Part shown: one piece after another, positions 53,627 through 63,821 of the stretch | How positions within the stretch are numbered: the first letter of the stretch is position 1 | How the letters are laid out: the number at the start of each line of letters is the position of its first letter | Source of the DNA: Akkermansiaceae bacterium | GTDB taxonomy: Bacteria; Verrucomicrobiota; Verrucomicrobiia; Verrucomicrobiales; Akkermansiaceae | NCBI GenBank assembly: GCA_051251915.1 | Contig: JBPOGF010000006.1 | Span: forward strand, 64,001 to 128,000 | Direction of reading: 5' to 3' | Length of the DNA: 64,000 nt | The notes under the pieces: model-generated | Told to the model about the DNA's origin: nothing | The model's input: the letters and a program-made list of their open reading frames with translations, nothing else | Database searches by the model: none | Translations under genes and position numbers: made by a program

Positions 53627-53827
53627 TTAACGTCGATTGACTCTTTCTCCTCGGTTTGGAACGCTGAAATCTTGCATTGCGCCTGATAGTCTGAGGATGC
53701 GTTTTTTGTTTTCTGTGGCGATGAGTAGATTAAGGGCTTTGGTGATGACGCTGGATGCGTTTTTTTCTTCTAGCATCTCGCAAGCCTTGTCGAAAAGTTC
53801 ATCGTCTATGGTGACTGTTGTTCTCAT
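53627..53827 (-). CDS. vapB: VapB antitoxin
   Basis: MRTTVTIDDELF..A; upstream of vapC; palindrome CATCATTGATG at 53841-53851. Confidence 0.88.
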   Translation of the reverse strand: MRTTVTIDDELFDKACEMLEEKNASSVITKALNLLIATENKKRILRLSGAMQDFSVPNRGERVNRR

Positions 53828-54194
53828 GCATTAATTGTAGCATCATTGATGATTTTGTCGATGATGTCTGAGGTTTTTTCGCTGCTATTTGGTAGAGTGG
53901 ATTGATGAAACGTGAATTTATGGAAATATGGGCATTTAAGTGTAAAGAAAGTGGTGCTTTGTTTGCTTTTCAATGTTGTTCTAGTTAGAAATCAAACATT
54001 TGCATATAAGTATCTTATCATAAGTAATTTATCGACTGTGTCTATAGTTGCATCTGGTGGTGTATGGAGATTATGTTTGTTCTTGGGTTTTGATTTGACG
54101 GTAGGTAATGAAGGAGATATGTTTTTTATAACTTACATGGTTTATTGCTACTTCTGGACGAGATGGCGGCTGTGTTGATTACATTATTTATTTT

Positions 54195-54650
54195 ATGAAC
54201 TATTTATTGAAACCTGTTATGCTTCTTGTTGTTTTTGCCTCTGTAGCTTTTGGGAAGGTGCCACGTGGGTATGATGCTACTTCGGAATTTGAGGAAGTGA
54301 AGGCTGAGGCGATTACTAAGAAAAAGTTGCTGACGATTGTATTTAAAGGGAGTGATGATCGCTGTCCTAATTGCGCGGCTACGATGGAGAACGGTGAGAA
54401 GGCGGCTAAGTCTTCTTCAAAGATGTTGTTTACGAGAGTGGCGGCTATAAGGAGTAATAAAACTGGATTGCCTAAGGAGATATTGTCTCAGGTGGGGAAT
54501 TTGTCTGATGGAGCGTCTGTGCATTTTTTAGTGTTTAATCCCAATGATTTGAAGTTGGTGGCTAAGGGTGGTCGGACTGAGTTGCAGAGTAATAAGAAGA
54601 GCATTAAGGTGTTTAAGGATGCTGTTAGGGCTGCTAAAAAGGAGTTGTAG
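54195..54650 (+). CDS. Secreted thioredoxin-fold protein
   Basis: Signal peptide; KLLTIVFKGSDDRCPNC. Confidence 0.65.
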   Translation: MNYLLKPVMLLVVFASVAFGKVPRGYDATSEFEEVKAEAITKKKLLTIVFKGSDDRCPNCAATMENGEKAAKSSSKMLFTRVAAIRSNKTGLPKEILSQVGNLSDGASVHFLVFNPNDLKLVAKGGRTELQSNKKSIKVFKDAVRAAKKEL

Positions 54651-54662
54651 TTGGGATTTTTT

Positions 54663-54741
54663 ACCACGAATCTACACGAATTTTCACGAATTTTCACGAA
54701 TGGTGTACGATGTAACAGGGTAATGGGTAATGGGTAATGGG
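54663..54741. repeat. CACGAAT 10-bp-period module plus (GGGTAAT)x3.5
   Basis: ACCACGAATCTACACGAATTTTCACGAATTTTCACGAATGGTG followed by a heptamer array. Confidence 0.85.
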
Positions 54742-54871
54742 TTTTGAGCCGCTAAATGGCAGTGAATTACGCTTAGCATGCACGATGGGGCAGTTTATTG
54801 TTCCTTAGCTTGATAGCCTTGGTAGGAAGGGGTGGTTTTGCTGTTGACGGAACTTGGCTGCTAGTCTATGG

Positions 54872-54921
54872 ATGAGTGGACCTAGCTGATACGAGTTTGT
54901 CGATCAGGGGGTTCATCTCAT
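54872..54921 (+). promoter_or_regulatory. Candidate structured 5' leader hairpin
   Basis: Nested pairings ATGAG/CTCAT, TGGACC/GGTTCA, CTGAT/ATCAG, CGA/TCG; TTGACG at 54844. Confidence 0.5.
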
Positions 54922-54947
54922 TTTAACAACAAATCTAAACTACTATT

Positions 54948-55145
54948 ATGGCCACTACACTACAACGTAACACCAACAGAAGCCGTCCTTCAAAATCAGC
55001 AGGAGCAAAAGCTAAGCGCACAAAAGTGCAACGCCGTCGCCTTGTTGATCTAGGCATGGATGCAGCTGCTGTGGAGCTATTGAACTCAACTGAAGTTCGC
55101 ACACTTCTTAAGCACCCTAAGAAGGTTGCTGCTCAGAACGCGTAG
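54948..55145 (+). CDS. Small basic hypothetical protein (65 aa)
   Basis: Arg/Lys-rich; AT-rich leader; own terminator; codons depart from the local G/T skew. Confidence 0.75.
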   Translation: MATTLQRNTNRSRPSKSAGAKAKRTKVQRRRLVDLGMDAAAVELLNSTEVRTLLKHPKKVAAQNA

Positions 55146-55188
55146 TATTTCTTTTAACTTTACCTGGTCTTAGTGATTAGGCAGATAT

Positions 55189-55234
55189 ATCCCCATGTTG
55201 CTTTGAGTTTTCGGAGTGCGTGGGGATTTTTTTT
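55189..55234 (+). terminator. Intrinsic terminator
   Basis: ATCCCCATG...CGTGGGGAT plus long T-run. Confidence 0.75.
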
Positions 55235-55250
55235 GAGTCCTTTTCGAGTA

Positions 55251-55919
55251 TTATTGAAGATTACCTTCTTCTTCAAGTGCTTCCATTACTTTGAGAGCTG
55301 CGTAGGCGTCGTTGGCTGCGTAGGTTAGTTGACGGGGGCTTAGTTCTTGGAGTCCCCAGTTACTGGTGGTGGTGGATTTGGATTTCTTGAAGCACTGCTT
55401 GAGTATTATGCCTATGGCTCCGCGCACGCCGACCTGTCCTCTGTAGCCAAGTTTGCGGAATGTCTGATCAAGGTCGAGTGTGTGGTCTAGGGTGATTCCT
55501 AATCGATGTTTAATCTGTCCACGGTCGTTTTTTAGCCCGAAGCCTACCTTGAGGACATGCTTGGATGCGATGATTTTAGCTGCTGCTTTCTCGCATTCAC
55601 TGTGGTGGAGCTGAAGGATGTAGGCTTTGTCAGTGAGGGCAAATTGCACGACGTGAGGACCTTCACTTTTCTGTCCTTTTCGGAAGGTGGGTTTGGCTTC
55701 AGTATCGAAGCCGCAAGTTCCAGCAGCCATTATTTCGTCAACTGCATCCTGACATTCGTCTTTGGTTCGGGGAACTAGGATTTGGTGGAGAGAGACCCCT
55801 GTGAAGGTTGGTAAGAGTGCGGTCTCTGCTTTTGTCGGGCCTTGGATCTTTGGGTTAGTGCTTGGTGCAGGTTTGTCTGTGCGGGGACGGTTTTGGGAAT
55901 GTTGTTTGGGTTTACTCAT
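55251..55919 (-). CDS. DEDDy 3'-5' exonuclease (WRN/RNase D-like)
   Basis: GFDTE, K.G.G...D, SNW...L...Q..YAA.DA. Confidence 0.9.
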   Translation of the reverse strand: MSKPKQHSQNRPRTDKPAPSTNPKIQGPTKAETALLPTFTGVSLHQILVPRTKDECQDAVDEIMAAGTCGFDTEAKPTFRKGQKSEGPHVVQFALTDKAYILQLHHSECEKAAAKIIASKHVLKVGFGLKNDRGQIKHRLGITLDHTLDLDQTFRKLGYRGQVGVRGAIGIILKQCFKKSKSTTTSNWGLQELSPRQLTYAANDAYAALKVMEALEEEGNLQ

Positions 55920-56571
55920 GTTGTTGCTGTAGATGATGCTTTAAAATCTTTATCGCCTCAAGAACTTATAGTGAATGAATAGCTTCTTAAATCATGAAAG
56001 ATCCAGAGTGATGAATTACCCTTCATTGGCATTTAAGAATTTCAACAACATCTTAGATCCATCCGTCAGTCCCTAGCCAGCGGTAGCAAGTGCAGGGTCA
56101 ATCAGTTAAACTCTGGTTTCTACTTTGTTCCTGATTTCAGGGGAGGATGCGATCGACATATCGATGTTGAAGTGGAAAGAAAATGCCATTTTGTTTACAT
56201 GTGAGCATGGAAAACACCAGATATGTAAAGAAATGAGTGAAACCTTTATGCTTGGAGCAAGGCCGATCTAGCTATGCGCCGTTAGTTTCGATCGTAAACC
56301 TGGACTCCTATGAAATACTGGATTGCCTTTAAGCGACGCTTAAAAATTTCTTAAAATCATTTAATAGATTTAGTGGGTTTAAGGGGATTCTTAAATTCAT
56401 TTAAAACGATAACTAGTGGATGAATAGCTGATAATAGTCTCTGAAGTAGAAAACACAGATTTCTCTGTTGTCCTGTGAGTTCGTATAAAATGCCTTGATC
56501 TTGTAGAAGCGAGATAAGACGGGTCAGAGTTGACTAGGTTAAACTCCAATTTTTGAATGAGTTCTTGTGAG

Positions 56572-59500
56572 CTAATAGCGTGCAATTTGTTCTCTTATAA
56601 GGTAGGCTTCTGGATGCCCTAAATCTATTAGGAAATCCAGTATATCACGAACGGACTGCCAATTTTTCAAGTCTTCTTTTTGGATTTGCTGATTGGCAAT
56701 ATTATCCTTTAGTAGAGTGAGAAGCATTTTTTGAATATCTCCTCCAAGGAGGTTTAATCCGATTTTGTTTCGTCCAAGTGCTATTGTTTTTGCTAAGTAA
56801 CTCCATTCTGAGGGTAGTAAATCTCCTCCGACGGTATATAGAAATCGGATAAATGGTGATAATCCTACTAAGTTAAAACAATTGAATGCTTTCGAAAAAT
56901 TATGTAGATGATTATTGATAGCTTCCCACTCTTGATTTTTCTTGAAATGCATGTCATTGAGGAAAATTGACTCAACGATGCTATAAAGTGCTGAAGTCGC
57001 TTTTTTACTTTTTGAAGTGCTGAGGTCATCCCATATCGCAATTGCTGCTGAGATGTGTTGTTTCCAAATTGCCCAGAATACTTCTGTCTTTCCAGTCATG
57101 TCTAGTTGCACACACAAATCCTTTAGTAGGGATCCAGCTTGGTTTCCGAGATGCACGATTTGGTATTTAAAGAAATTATCAGTTAAGAACTTCTGAGCTT
57201 CAGAAATGCTTAGATTTAAAATGTGTTTTGCTAATTGTTGCTTAACGTCTTTTATTGTAACGTAACTATGTCTAATTGCTCCATTGCTATTTCGCCATTC
57301 ATCCATCCCGTATTTCCTATTATTCAAGGATCTAGATTCTCCTGCAATCGTCTGGATGAAAGCCCATTTGAAGATTCTGGATGATAGTTTTCTGTGAATA
57401 GTCGATTCTCCAGAACTGACAGCAGCCATGACAGCGCAAAGCCGTTCTTCTTCTTCGTGGCCTCGAGGATAGTAGAGACTTAAAAACCTAGTATCCATTG
57501 AATCTTGTTGAATAAACTGGTTACGTAAATTTACTGTTTCAGACAAGATCTCTCGATGCATTGCACTTAGAGTATCCTGCCAATTTTCATATTTAGAATC
57601 CTGGCTCAATGGACCACGAAAACTTAGCTCAGTATTACGGATAATTCTAGCGCTCAAGATCATAAGTGCTGCGGAAGTAGTCTTTAGTTGTTCATTTTCG
57701 CTAGAGCCAATTGCAAAGGCTGCTGCGAACTGGACAGGTTTTTCAGGTAGTGTGAGTGCTATACTCAATGCACTCAAGATATTATGCTTTCTCTTATCAC
57801 AGATTGGGTCTTCTATGGAGAGAAGAGTAGCAAATGCACGAGCTACCGCTGATTCAGCTTTCCATTGCTTGAGGAAGTGTTGTTGACTGTGGCTTGTTAT
57901 TTCTGAATTACGCAGGAGGGTTGCTAAACACAAATCAATACTCCATGTCTTTTGTTTGTCGTGGAATTCTGACCATTTGTGAATGATACAAACAGCTGCC
58001 ACAAGAGTGGGGGTGTCGCCGTGCATGAATTTCTCTTCTGAATTAAGGCTGGACTCAGCCAATTGGTGAGCCCTTTCAAGCATTTCTTTCCATAGCTCAA
58101 GGTCAGGTTTGTTTGAGGGCATTGGCTCGAGTATTCCTATTGCCCACATTTGTAATTTGATGTGTGCCATGTTTTGTATAGAAGAGCCGGCAGTTTCTTC
58201 TTGGAACTGCTGAATTTCTGTTGGAGGGGCTTTGGTTTCCCACAAAACATGATTTGGATCGCCCTCATTTTTTTTTGCAACGAGGTTTCTGGCATCGATT
58301 CGGTGGAGAATTGTTTTAGCAAGCATCGATCTCTCAGATTGAGGTTGTTTTTGTATTACGCTTAGATGAGAATCAATAACCTTAGTGATAACTTGTCCTT
58401 TTTCTGTCAGCTGAGATTTTAAGAACAGATTTTCTAGGTCACTTCGTCTGTGTTCCATTTGGCTCATCATCTTTCTCTCTTTGAAATAGATATCTGATTG
58501 GTCGTCCCAAACACTCGATCCGCTAGTAGTCCGATCATTCATTAGTCGATGACGGTCTAGGGAAGAGAGAGTGATAAAATCTGATTCTAAAATTGCTGCG
58601 GTGATTTTAGTGCAATCCCACCAATATACTTGAGCAACGGATGCTGCCACGGAAGTAATAGCTAGGTTACGGGAAGATAGAATCAAGCCAGTTAGTATGG
58701 TTTCTAGTTGCTCGGGGTTTGTTGCACCCACCTCTTCGATTAGCCATTTTTCCAGTGCCATGAGTGCGCTTTCTGTGAGTGGGTGACAAGGTGTATTTCC
58801 ACGGTATGCCCGCCACCACGCTTGATCTCCCATCTGAGAGACAGTAGTTTCTTCGATGCTGATTTCTAATTCATATGCTTCTGAATAGGTAGTGCCATTC
58901 TTTACTTTATCTAACCAAGTTAAGGTCTCTTCGTGGACCAATCGTAAAATAAGCGCAATACCAAGTTTGTTACTGGATTGAAGTAATTGCAAAAATGGAC
59001 CACGTATAGCAGAGGCATCAATAAAAGAAAGAGATTCTATTGAGTATGGATGTTCCTGAAAATAGTGTCGGTTTTTTAACCGCCTTTTTTGTGCTCTTCT
59101 AGTAATACCATAAGCATGCAAACATAGTTTAATCATGAGCCGAGGGTAAGCATTTGCTAGGGCCCATCCACGATGATTTGTTGTTATGAACCTTATCATG
59201 TTATCAGCTCTCCAGCCATTTTGAGAATCTGACCTATTTTTGCTCTTATTCCAAGTGACTGCATTCCGAAGTTCTTTTTCAAAAAACTCTTTTCCCAACC
59301 CCTCTGCTAAATGTGCGATTATCCAATAGAATTGGTTTCCGTCATCTCGTGTTCTATAATGCTTTCCGAGTATACTTTCAGATATGGATTCATCCTCTGC
59401 GGATAAATTCCATATTGTTTTTGTTAGTTTAGATGCCTCTAAGAGTCCATGGGGTGAAGGAGTTTCTTTTGTGACTGCTAGATGCCAGTCAGTAAGAGCT

Positions 59501-61680
59501 TCAGTGATTTGTTTGACCTCGCTTCGAATAAATTCTTTTCCTTTTTGATTGGCGTATTCAAATAAAAGACTCCATCCATCCCCTATTGGAACACGAGAAT
59601 TTTCATTGTCAGATTCAATGTGTATAAAAGCTATTTTAAGAGCATGGTGTAACTCTTGAAATAAGCTAGCATCTTCAAGCTGGAATATATGTGATTGATG
59701 AAAGATGACTGAATCAGGTATTTCAGCACTCAGTAAAGCTATAAATATTTCCTCTTTCCATGCTTTATTGAACGATGAATCACTAAAAATTTTTCTTATG
59801 AAATTTATGGAATCTTGATTTGATGAACTATCTAACAATTCTGAAAAATAATAACGAAAGGCTCTTCTAATTAGTGTATGTGAACCCAACTCGTAGAAAA
59901 ATTTTGCTGGGTTTTCCTTATGTTGGGTAAATATTCTTCGGACGTGACTAATAAGAGCCCAATCTTCCAAGAGATCGTGTGCTGATCTGTATCTGTTAGG
60001 GTCATCAGGGTCTCTATACAAAAGTCCTTGATCGAATAGAAATTTTGCTGGATCTATATTGTTTTCTTTGGCGTAGAACCATGGGACACCTGACTCAAGT
60101 CTTTCTAGGCTTAACTGGATGAGAAATTCGTGAGCTTGAGGGGTAGCTTCTGCTTTCACTAGATGTTGCCAAATATGTTTTTTCCATTTTGTGATGGAGG
60201 TCCAACTGTCCAGATTTTTTAAGTCGTCATTGGATTCTAGGGTTTTAAGTGCGAAATCGAGCCATTTCAGGTTTCTGAGAGCTTCATTTATTTCGGTTTT
60301 TTTTAACCAAAGAGAAGGGATGTAGTGTATTTTCTCGAGTTGTGTTAATTCATCTACTGAAAGTAGGGGGACGTTCATAATTTTCCAGTCTTCGAACCAC
60401 TTAGACTGAATGTGTGGCAAGTAGTAGTCTCGGCAAGTGGCAATAATATGCCATCTACGGTCACTAGAAATTAGTTGAAGAAGCTGTTCAAATGCTAAGA
60501 AGGAGCTTTGAGACTGAAAGACACGCTCTAAGGAATCGATTAAAATAACTTTATTTTCAAATGGTGTTGCATCCGCCCATTCGGATGGGGAAATTTCAGA
60601 AAGTCCAATTGCTTCCAAAGCTGTATGTAGATGTGGGTAGTTGAATTGATCTGAAGAAAAACAATAGATGTTTTCAGGAAGGTAAAGATCTTCTGATACT
60701 TCGACAGCGAGACTTGATTTTCCACACCCTGGGGTGCCAGTTACCAAAGTGAATCTGCTTGAAGCAAGAAGCTCTTTAAGTTCTTTTTTTAAAGTTGTTC
60801 TTTCAAAGTTTTTACCTCCAACTGTACGCGAAATGCTGGCTCTATTGAAAGAACTGTGTTCTCGGATCTTTCTTAGCCAATTGTGGGCTGTGTCTGGGAA
60901 CTCTGGAGAAATATCATATTCTCTTATTTTATCCTTAACATCGGGTAAGGTCATTACTTTTGCACGAGAGGTATCTTGAGATACTTGTTCAAATATTGAA
61001 TTGAAACAATTTAGAGCGGTGCTTTGTAGTTTATCTTTGCTTGCGAGACGCAGTAGACCAAGCGTGCGTTTTTTATCTTGGCTTTCCTCAACATCGAGGT
61101 CAAAGGTTAGGACGAAGAACGATTTTAAAAAGAGCCAAAGGTTTTCTTGACTGGGTTGGCTTCCTAATTCTTCGTATATAATAGCAGAGATTTCAGGAGG
61201 GATCTGGCGGATTGATTTTCTATGATATTGCGGAATTGAAATACTATTGGAAAAATCTTGATTATTATCTGAGGCTCTTGCTATTTCAGTTAGTCTTAGT
61301 AAGTCGGGGATTTTGGGAGAACGGGTTGTAGATGCTATAAGTGCTATACAATCGAATGACTGGTTAAAAACTTTAGTGTTATTCCAGTCTGCCCATGACC
61401 TTGTGATTACTTCTTTGAATTCTGTATTGCCAGGTAAGGGAGAAATTGTAGTTTTTACTGAGCAAAAACATCGACTTCTTTGGGAGTTCTTTTTTGTCTC
61501 AAAGACTACGTCTTCTATCTTACATCCAAGGTGTTCAGCTTGAATATAAACTTTGTTAAGAGGATGTTTGAGTGGAGCTAGCGGAACTCCGGCTATGGAT
61601 GAAGCTATGAATGTAGTGGCGATCCTCCTTTCAAATTCGGGACCTCCTCCTCCGCTAGAAAATGGTGGTGTAGTTTTCAT
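56572..61680 (-). CDS. Avs-like STAND NTPase antiphage protein (N-terminal PD-(D/E)xK-like nuclease, NTPase, long helical sensor)
   Basis: PFSSGGGG.EFE N-terminus, IEDVVF...SVK, Walker A GTPGCGKS, Walker B VILIDSLE, W.IIATCR, HDLLEDW, YRG...ALMALEKWL. Confidence 0.8.
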   Translation of the reverse strand: MKTTPPFSSGGGGPEFERRIATTFIASSIAGVPLAPLKHPLNKVYIQAEHLGCKIEDVVFETKKNSQRSRCFCSVKTTISPLPGNTEFKEVITRSWADWNNTKVFNQSFDCIALIASTTRSPKIPDLLRLTEIARASDNNQDFSNSISIPQYHRKSIRQIPPEISAIIYEELGSQPSQENLWLFLKSFFVLTFDLDVEESQDKKRTLGLLRLASKDKLQSTALNCFNSIFEQVSQDTSRAKVMTLPDVKDKIREYDISPEFPDTAHNWLRKIREHSSFNRASISRTVGGKNFERTTLKKELKELLASSRFTLVTGTPGCGKSSLAVEVSEDLYLPENIYCFSSDQFNYPHLHTALEAIGLSEISPSEWADATPFENKVILIDSLERVFQSQSSFLAFEQLLQLISSDRRWHIIATCRDYYLPHIQSKWFEDWKIMNVPLLSVDELTQLEKIHYIPSLWLKKTEINEALRNLKWLDFALKTLESNDDLKNLDSWTSITKWKKHIWQHLVKAEATPQAHEFLIQLSLERLESGVPWFYAKENNIDPAKFLFDQGLLYRDPDDPNRYRSAHDLLEDWALISHVRRIFTQHKENPAKFFYELGSHTLIRRAFRYYFSELLDSSSNQDSINFIRKIFSDSSFNKAWKEEIFIALLSAEIPDSVIFHQSHIFQLEDASLFQELHHALKIAFIHIESDNENSRVPIGDGWSLLFEYANQKGKEFIRSEVKQITEALTDWHLAVTKETPSPHGLLEASKLTKTIWNLSAEDESISESILGKHYRTRDDGNQFYWIIAHLAEGLGKEFFEKELRNAVTWNKSKNRSDSQNGWRADNMIRFITTNHRGWALANAYPRLMIKLCLHAYGITRRAQKRRLKNRHYFQEHPYSIESLSFIDASAIRGPFLQLLQSSNKLGIALILRLVHEETLTWLDKVKNGTTYSEAYELEISIEETTVSQMGDQAWWRAYRGNTPCHPLTESALMALEKWLIEEVGATNPEQLETILTGLILSSRNLAITSVAASVAQVYWWDCTKITAAILESDFITLSSLDRHRLMNDRTTSGSSVWDDQSDIYFKERKMMSQMEHRRSDLENLFLKSQLTEKGQVITKVIDSHLSVIQKQPQSERSMLAKTILHRIDARNLVAKKNEGDPNHVLWETKAPPTEIQQFQEETAGSSIQNMAHIKLQMWAIGILEPMPSNKPDLELWKEMLERAHQLAESSLNSEEKFMHGDTPTLVAAVCIIHKWSEFHDKQKTWSIDLCLATLLRNSEITSHSQQHFLKQWKAESAVARAFATLLSIEDPICDKRKHNILSALSIALTLPEKPVQFAAAFAIGSSENEQLKTTSAALMILSARIIRNTELSFRGPLSQDSKYENWQDTLSAMHREILSETVNLRNQFIQQDSMDTRFLSLYYPRGHEEEERLCAVMAAVSSGESTIHRKLSSRIFKWAFIQTIAGESRSLNNRKYGMDEWRNSNGAIRHSYVTIKDVKQQLAKHILNLSISEAQKFLTDNFFKYQIVHLGNQAGSLLKDLCVQLDMTGKTEVFWAIWKQHISAAIAIWDDLSTSKSKKATSALYSIVESIFLNDMHFKKNQEWEAINNHLHNFSKAFNCFNLVGLSPFIRFLYTVGGDLLPSEWSYLAKTIALGRNKIGLNLLGGDIQKMLLTLLKDNIANQQIQKEDLKNWQSVRDILDFLIDLGHPEAYLIREQIARY

Positions 61681-61688
61681 TCGGTAAT

Positions 61689-62615
61689 TTAATTTTCAGA
61701 GGATTGGAGGTTATTCTTCTTAACTAGGGCGTCTCGGATTTCTTTTAATATTGATTGGTTTTCTTCTAGTAAGCTAATAACTCGTTGCTGTTCGTAGGGA
61801 AGAATGGCTTCAATAGAATTTGGTAGTCCTGCTATTTTGCGAAACATGATAGTGTCATCAAGCTCGTAGGGATGTTTGTTTGCAAAATCGAAGTAATCGA
61901 TCTCGAAAGGAATGTTGTGCTGTTGCATGCTCTGGCAGAGCTTTCCGATGAGTTTTACTGTTTCGGTTTTGAGCTGATGTTTTATTGAATGTAGATTGTC
62001 TTTGGAGACTCCAGCTTTGGTGTAAAGGTTGTTGTCTATCCAATAGGCTGCCATTAAGAGGGCTCCCTCAATCTTGAGATCTGATCTAAAGTCGTAAATC
62101 TCATCTAAAATCCTCTCGTTCTCGAGGTAAACGTCTGTCCACTGTTCTAGCTTGTCATAGTTATCCAAGAATTCGATCAAGATTGAGGCAAAATAATTAT
62201 TTTTTTGGGTTAAAAACTTAACTGGGTCAGTTGGAGGAGATGGAAGAGCTATTTTCATTTTGTCTCTCAGAGTGAAGAGAACGAATGAGGTATAAAGACT
62301 TGGAGTATCATGGAAAATTTCTCCTATTGAGGTTGCATAGCCATCTTCACCGTAATTAAGAGCCTCTAAGACTAGTGCTATCCAGGCATTTCGTTCCGCT
62401 GGATCTGGTGCAAAGAGGCTCCATTTAGTATTCTCATTTTCGTCAAAACCAGCTAGTCTAGCCAGTTGGTTTTCACGTTCATATGGAAGTTGGTCTGTGC
62501 CATTTTTCCATTTTGTGATCTGTGCTCGGGATACTCCTAGCTCTTTAGCTAGCTCTGTTTGTTTCCAGTTCTTTTTCTTGATGACATAGTTAATAAGTTT
62601 GGCTTGTGTCTTCAT
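61689..62615 (-). CDS. Xre/Cro HTH protein with uncharacterised C-terminal domain
   Basis: QTELAKELGVSRAQITKWKNG; 8-bp gap to the STAND gene. Confidence 0.8.
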   Translation of the reverse strand: MKTQAKLINYVIKKKNWKQTELAKELGVSRAQITKWKNGTDQLPYERENQLARLAGFDENENTKWSLFAPDPAERNAWIALVLEALNYGEDGYATSIGEIFHDTPSLYTSFVLFTLRDKMKIALPSPPTDPVKFLTQKNNYFASILIEFLDNYDKLEQWTDVYLENERILDEIYDFRSDLKIEGALLMAAYWIDNNLYTKAGVSKDNLHSIKHQLKTETVKLIGKLCQSMQQHNIPFEIDYFDFANKHPYELDDTIMFRKIAGLPNSIEAILPYEQQRVISLLEENQSILKEIRDALVKKNNLQSSEN

Positions 62616-62771
62616 AGAGATAAAATAGCATTGTTTGTTTCCTTAACAAATTAAATATAAGGGAAACTCTTGTGTCTCTAACTGTGGGAGTTTAGGTAAG
62701 AGAGATTTAGGAGACTAGAGGCAGACATTTGAGAGGGATTGTGACTGGATCTAACTGGTCTATTTTAGGTA

Positions 62772-63821
62772 TTATTCTTTTGCTTCCAGTCTAGCTTTTG
62801 AGATTTCAATGGCTGTGTGGAGTTTTTGTTGGAGGAGTTCGCGTGGGGGGAGGGCGGTTAAGTATTCGGCTACGTGGATGCCGCTTTGGTCGAGTTCTAG
62901 GAGTTCGATCTGTTCTTGTTTTTTGCCTGCGCAGAGGATGATGCCGAGTGGGGATTGCTCATCTGGTTGCTGCTCGTGCTTGGCGAGGTAGCGGAGGTAG
63001 AGTTCCATTTGCCCTTTGTATTCTGCCTTGAAGTCGCCGAGCTTGAGGTCGATGGCGATGAGGCGTTTTAGCCCACGGTGATAGAAGAGTAGGTCGATGT
63101 AGAAGTCATCTGAGTCTATCTGGATGCGGGTCTGGCGCCCGAGGAAGGCGAAGCCTGTGCCAAGCTCTAGGAGAAATGTTTCTAGCTCACGGAGGATGGC
63201 GTCTTCTAGGTCTTTCTCTAGGTAGCGGTCTTTGAGCCCGATGAAGTCTAGGATGTAGGGATCACGGAAGATGAGGTCCGGTGTAAGCTTGTCTTCCTCT
63301 CGGAGAGCGGTGAGTTCTTCTTTAGCGAGTTCTTCTGGTTTCTTGGAGATGGCGGTACGCTCGTAGAGCATGGAGCTAATCTTTGTGCGTAGCGTGCGGA
63401 CGCTCCACTTTTCTAGTCGGCACATTTCGGCGTAGAAATCGCGTTGAAGCGGGTCTTTAAACGGAATAATCTCCTTGAAATGTGACCAAGCCAATTGTTG
63501 CGACAGTGTAGCAACAATTGAAGATTCAGAGAAGTTCTCTGCAAAACTCATCATACGGGTAAGTGAAGAATAGTTAAATCCCTTGCCGAATTCCTTGCTC
63601 AATTGTGCCGACAGTGTAGACACAATCTCTTTTCCATACTCAGCACGTTCGTTATTAAGTACTTCTGTTTGGATACGTTTGCCGATGCGCCAGTAGAGCA
63701 GTGTTATTCCAGTATTTACGGTGCGGGCAACTCCTTCGCGGGTTTGCTCGATCATGCTGCGAACGTCGGCAGTGATACCAGCGTCGCTTTGGATGATTTC
63801 TAGCTCATTGTTATCATTCAT
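62772..63821 (-). CDS. yhcG: YhcG/DUF1016 PD-(D/E)xK nuclease-family protein
   Basis: YWRIG, YG, WSH, FY...WSVR.L, RDPY.LDF, ELG.GFAF..RQ, DLLFYHR, IDLK, GQM..Y, GIILC. Confidence 0.93.
   Translation of the reverse strand: MNDNNELEIIQSDAGITADVRSMIEQTREGVARTVNTGITLLYWRIGKRIQTEVLNNERAEYGKEIVSTLSAQLSKEFGKGFNYSSLTRMMSFAENFSESSIVATLSQQLAWSHFKEIIPFKDPLQRDFYAEMCRLEKWSVRTLRTKISSMLYERTAISKKPEELAKEELTALREEDKLTPDLIFRDPYILDFIGLKDRYLEKDLEDAILRELETFLLELGTGFAFLGRQTRIQIDSDDFYIDLLFYHRGLKRLIAIDLKLGDFKAEYKGQMELYLRYLAKHEQQPDEQSPLGIILCAGKKQEQIELLELDQSGIHVAEYLTALPPRELLQQKLHTAIEISKARLEAKE

Noticed and set aside
53912..54178. 88-aa ORF between vapB and the thioredoxin-like gene
   Set aside because: AT-rich promoter-like region, GTG start, no recognisable protein features
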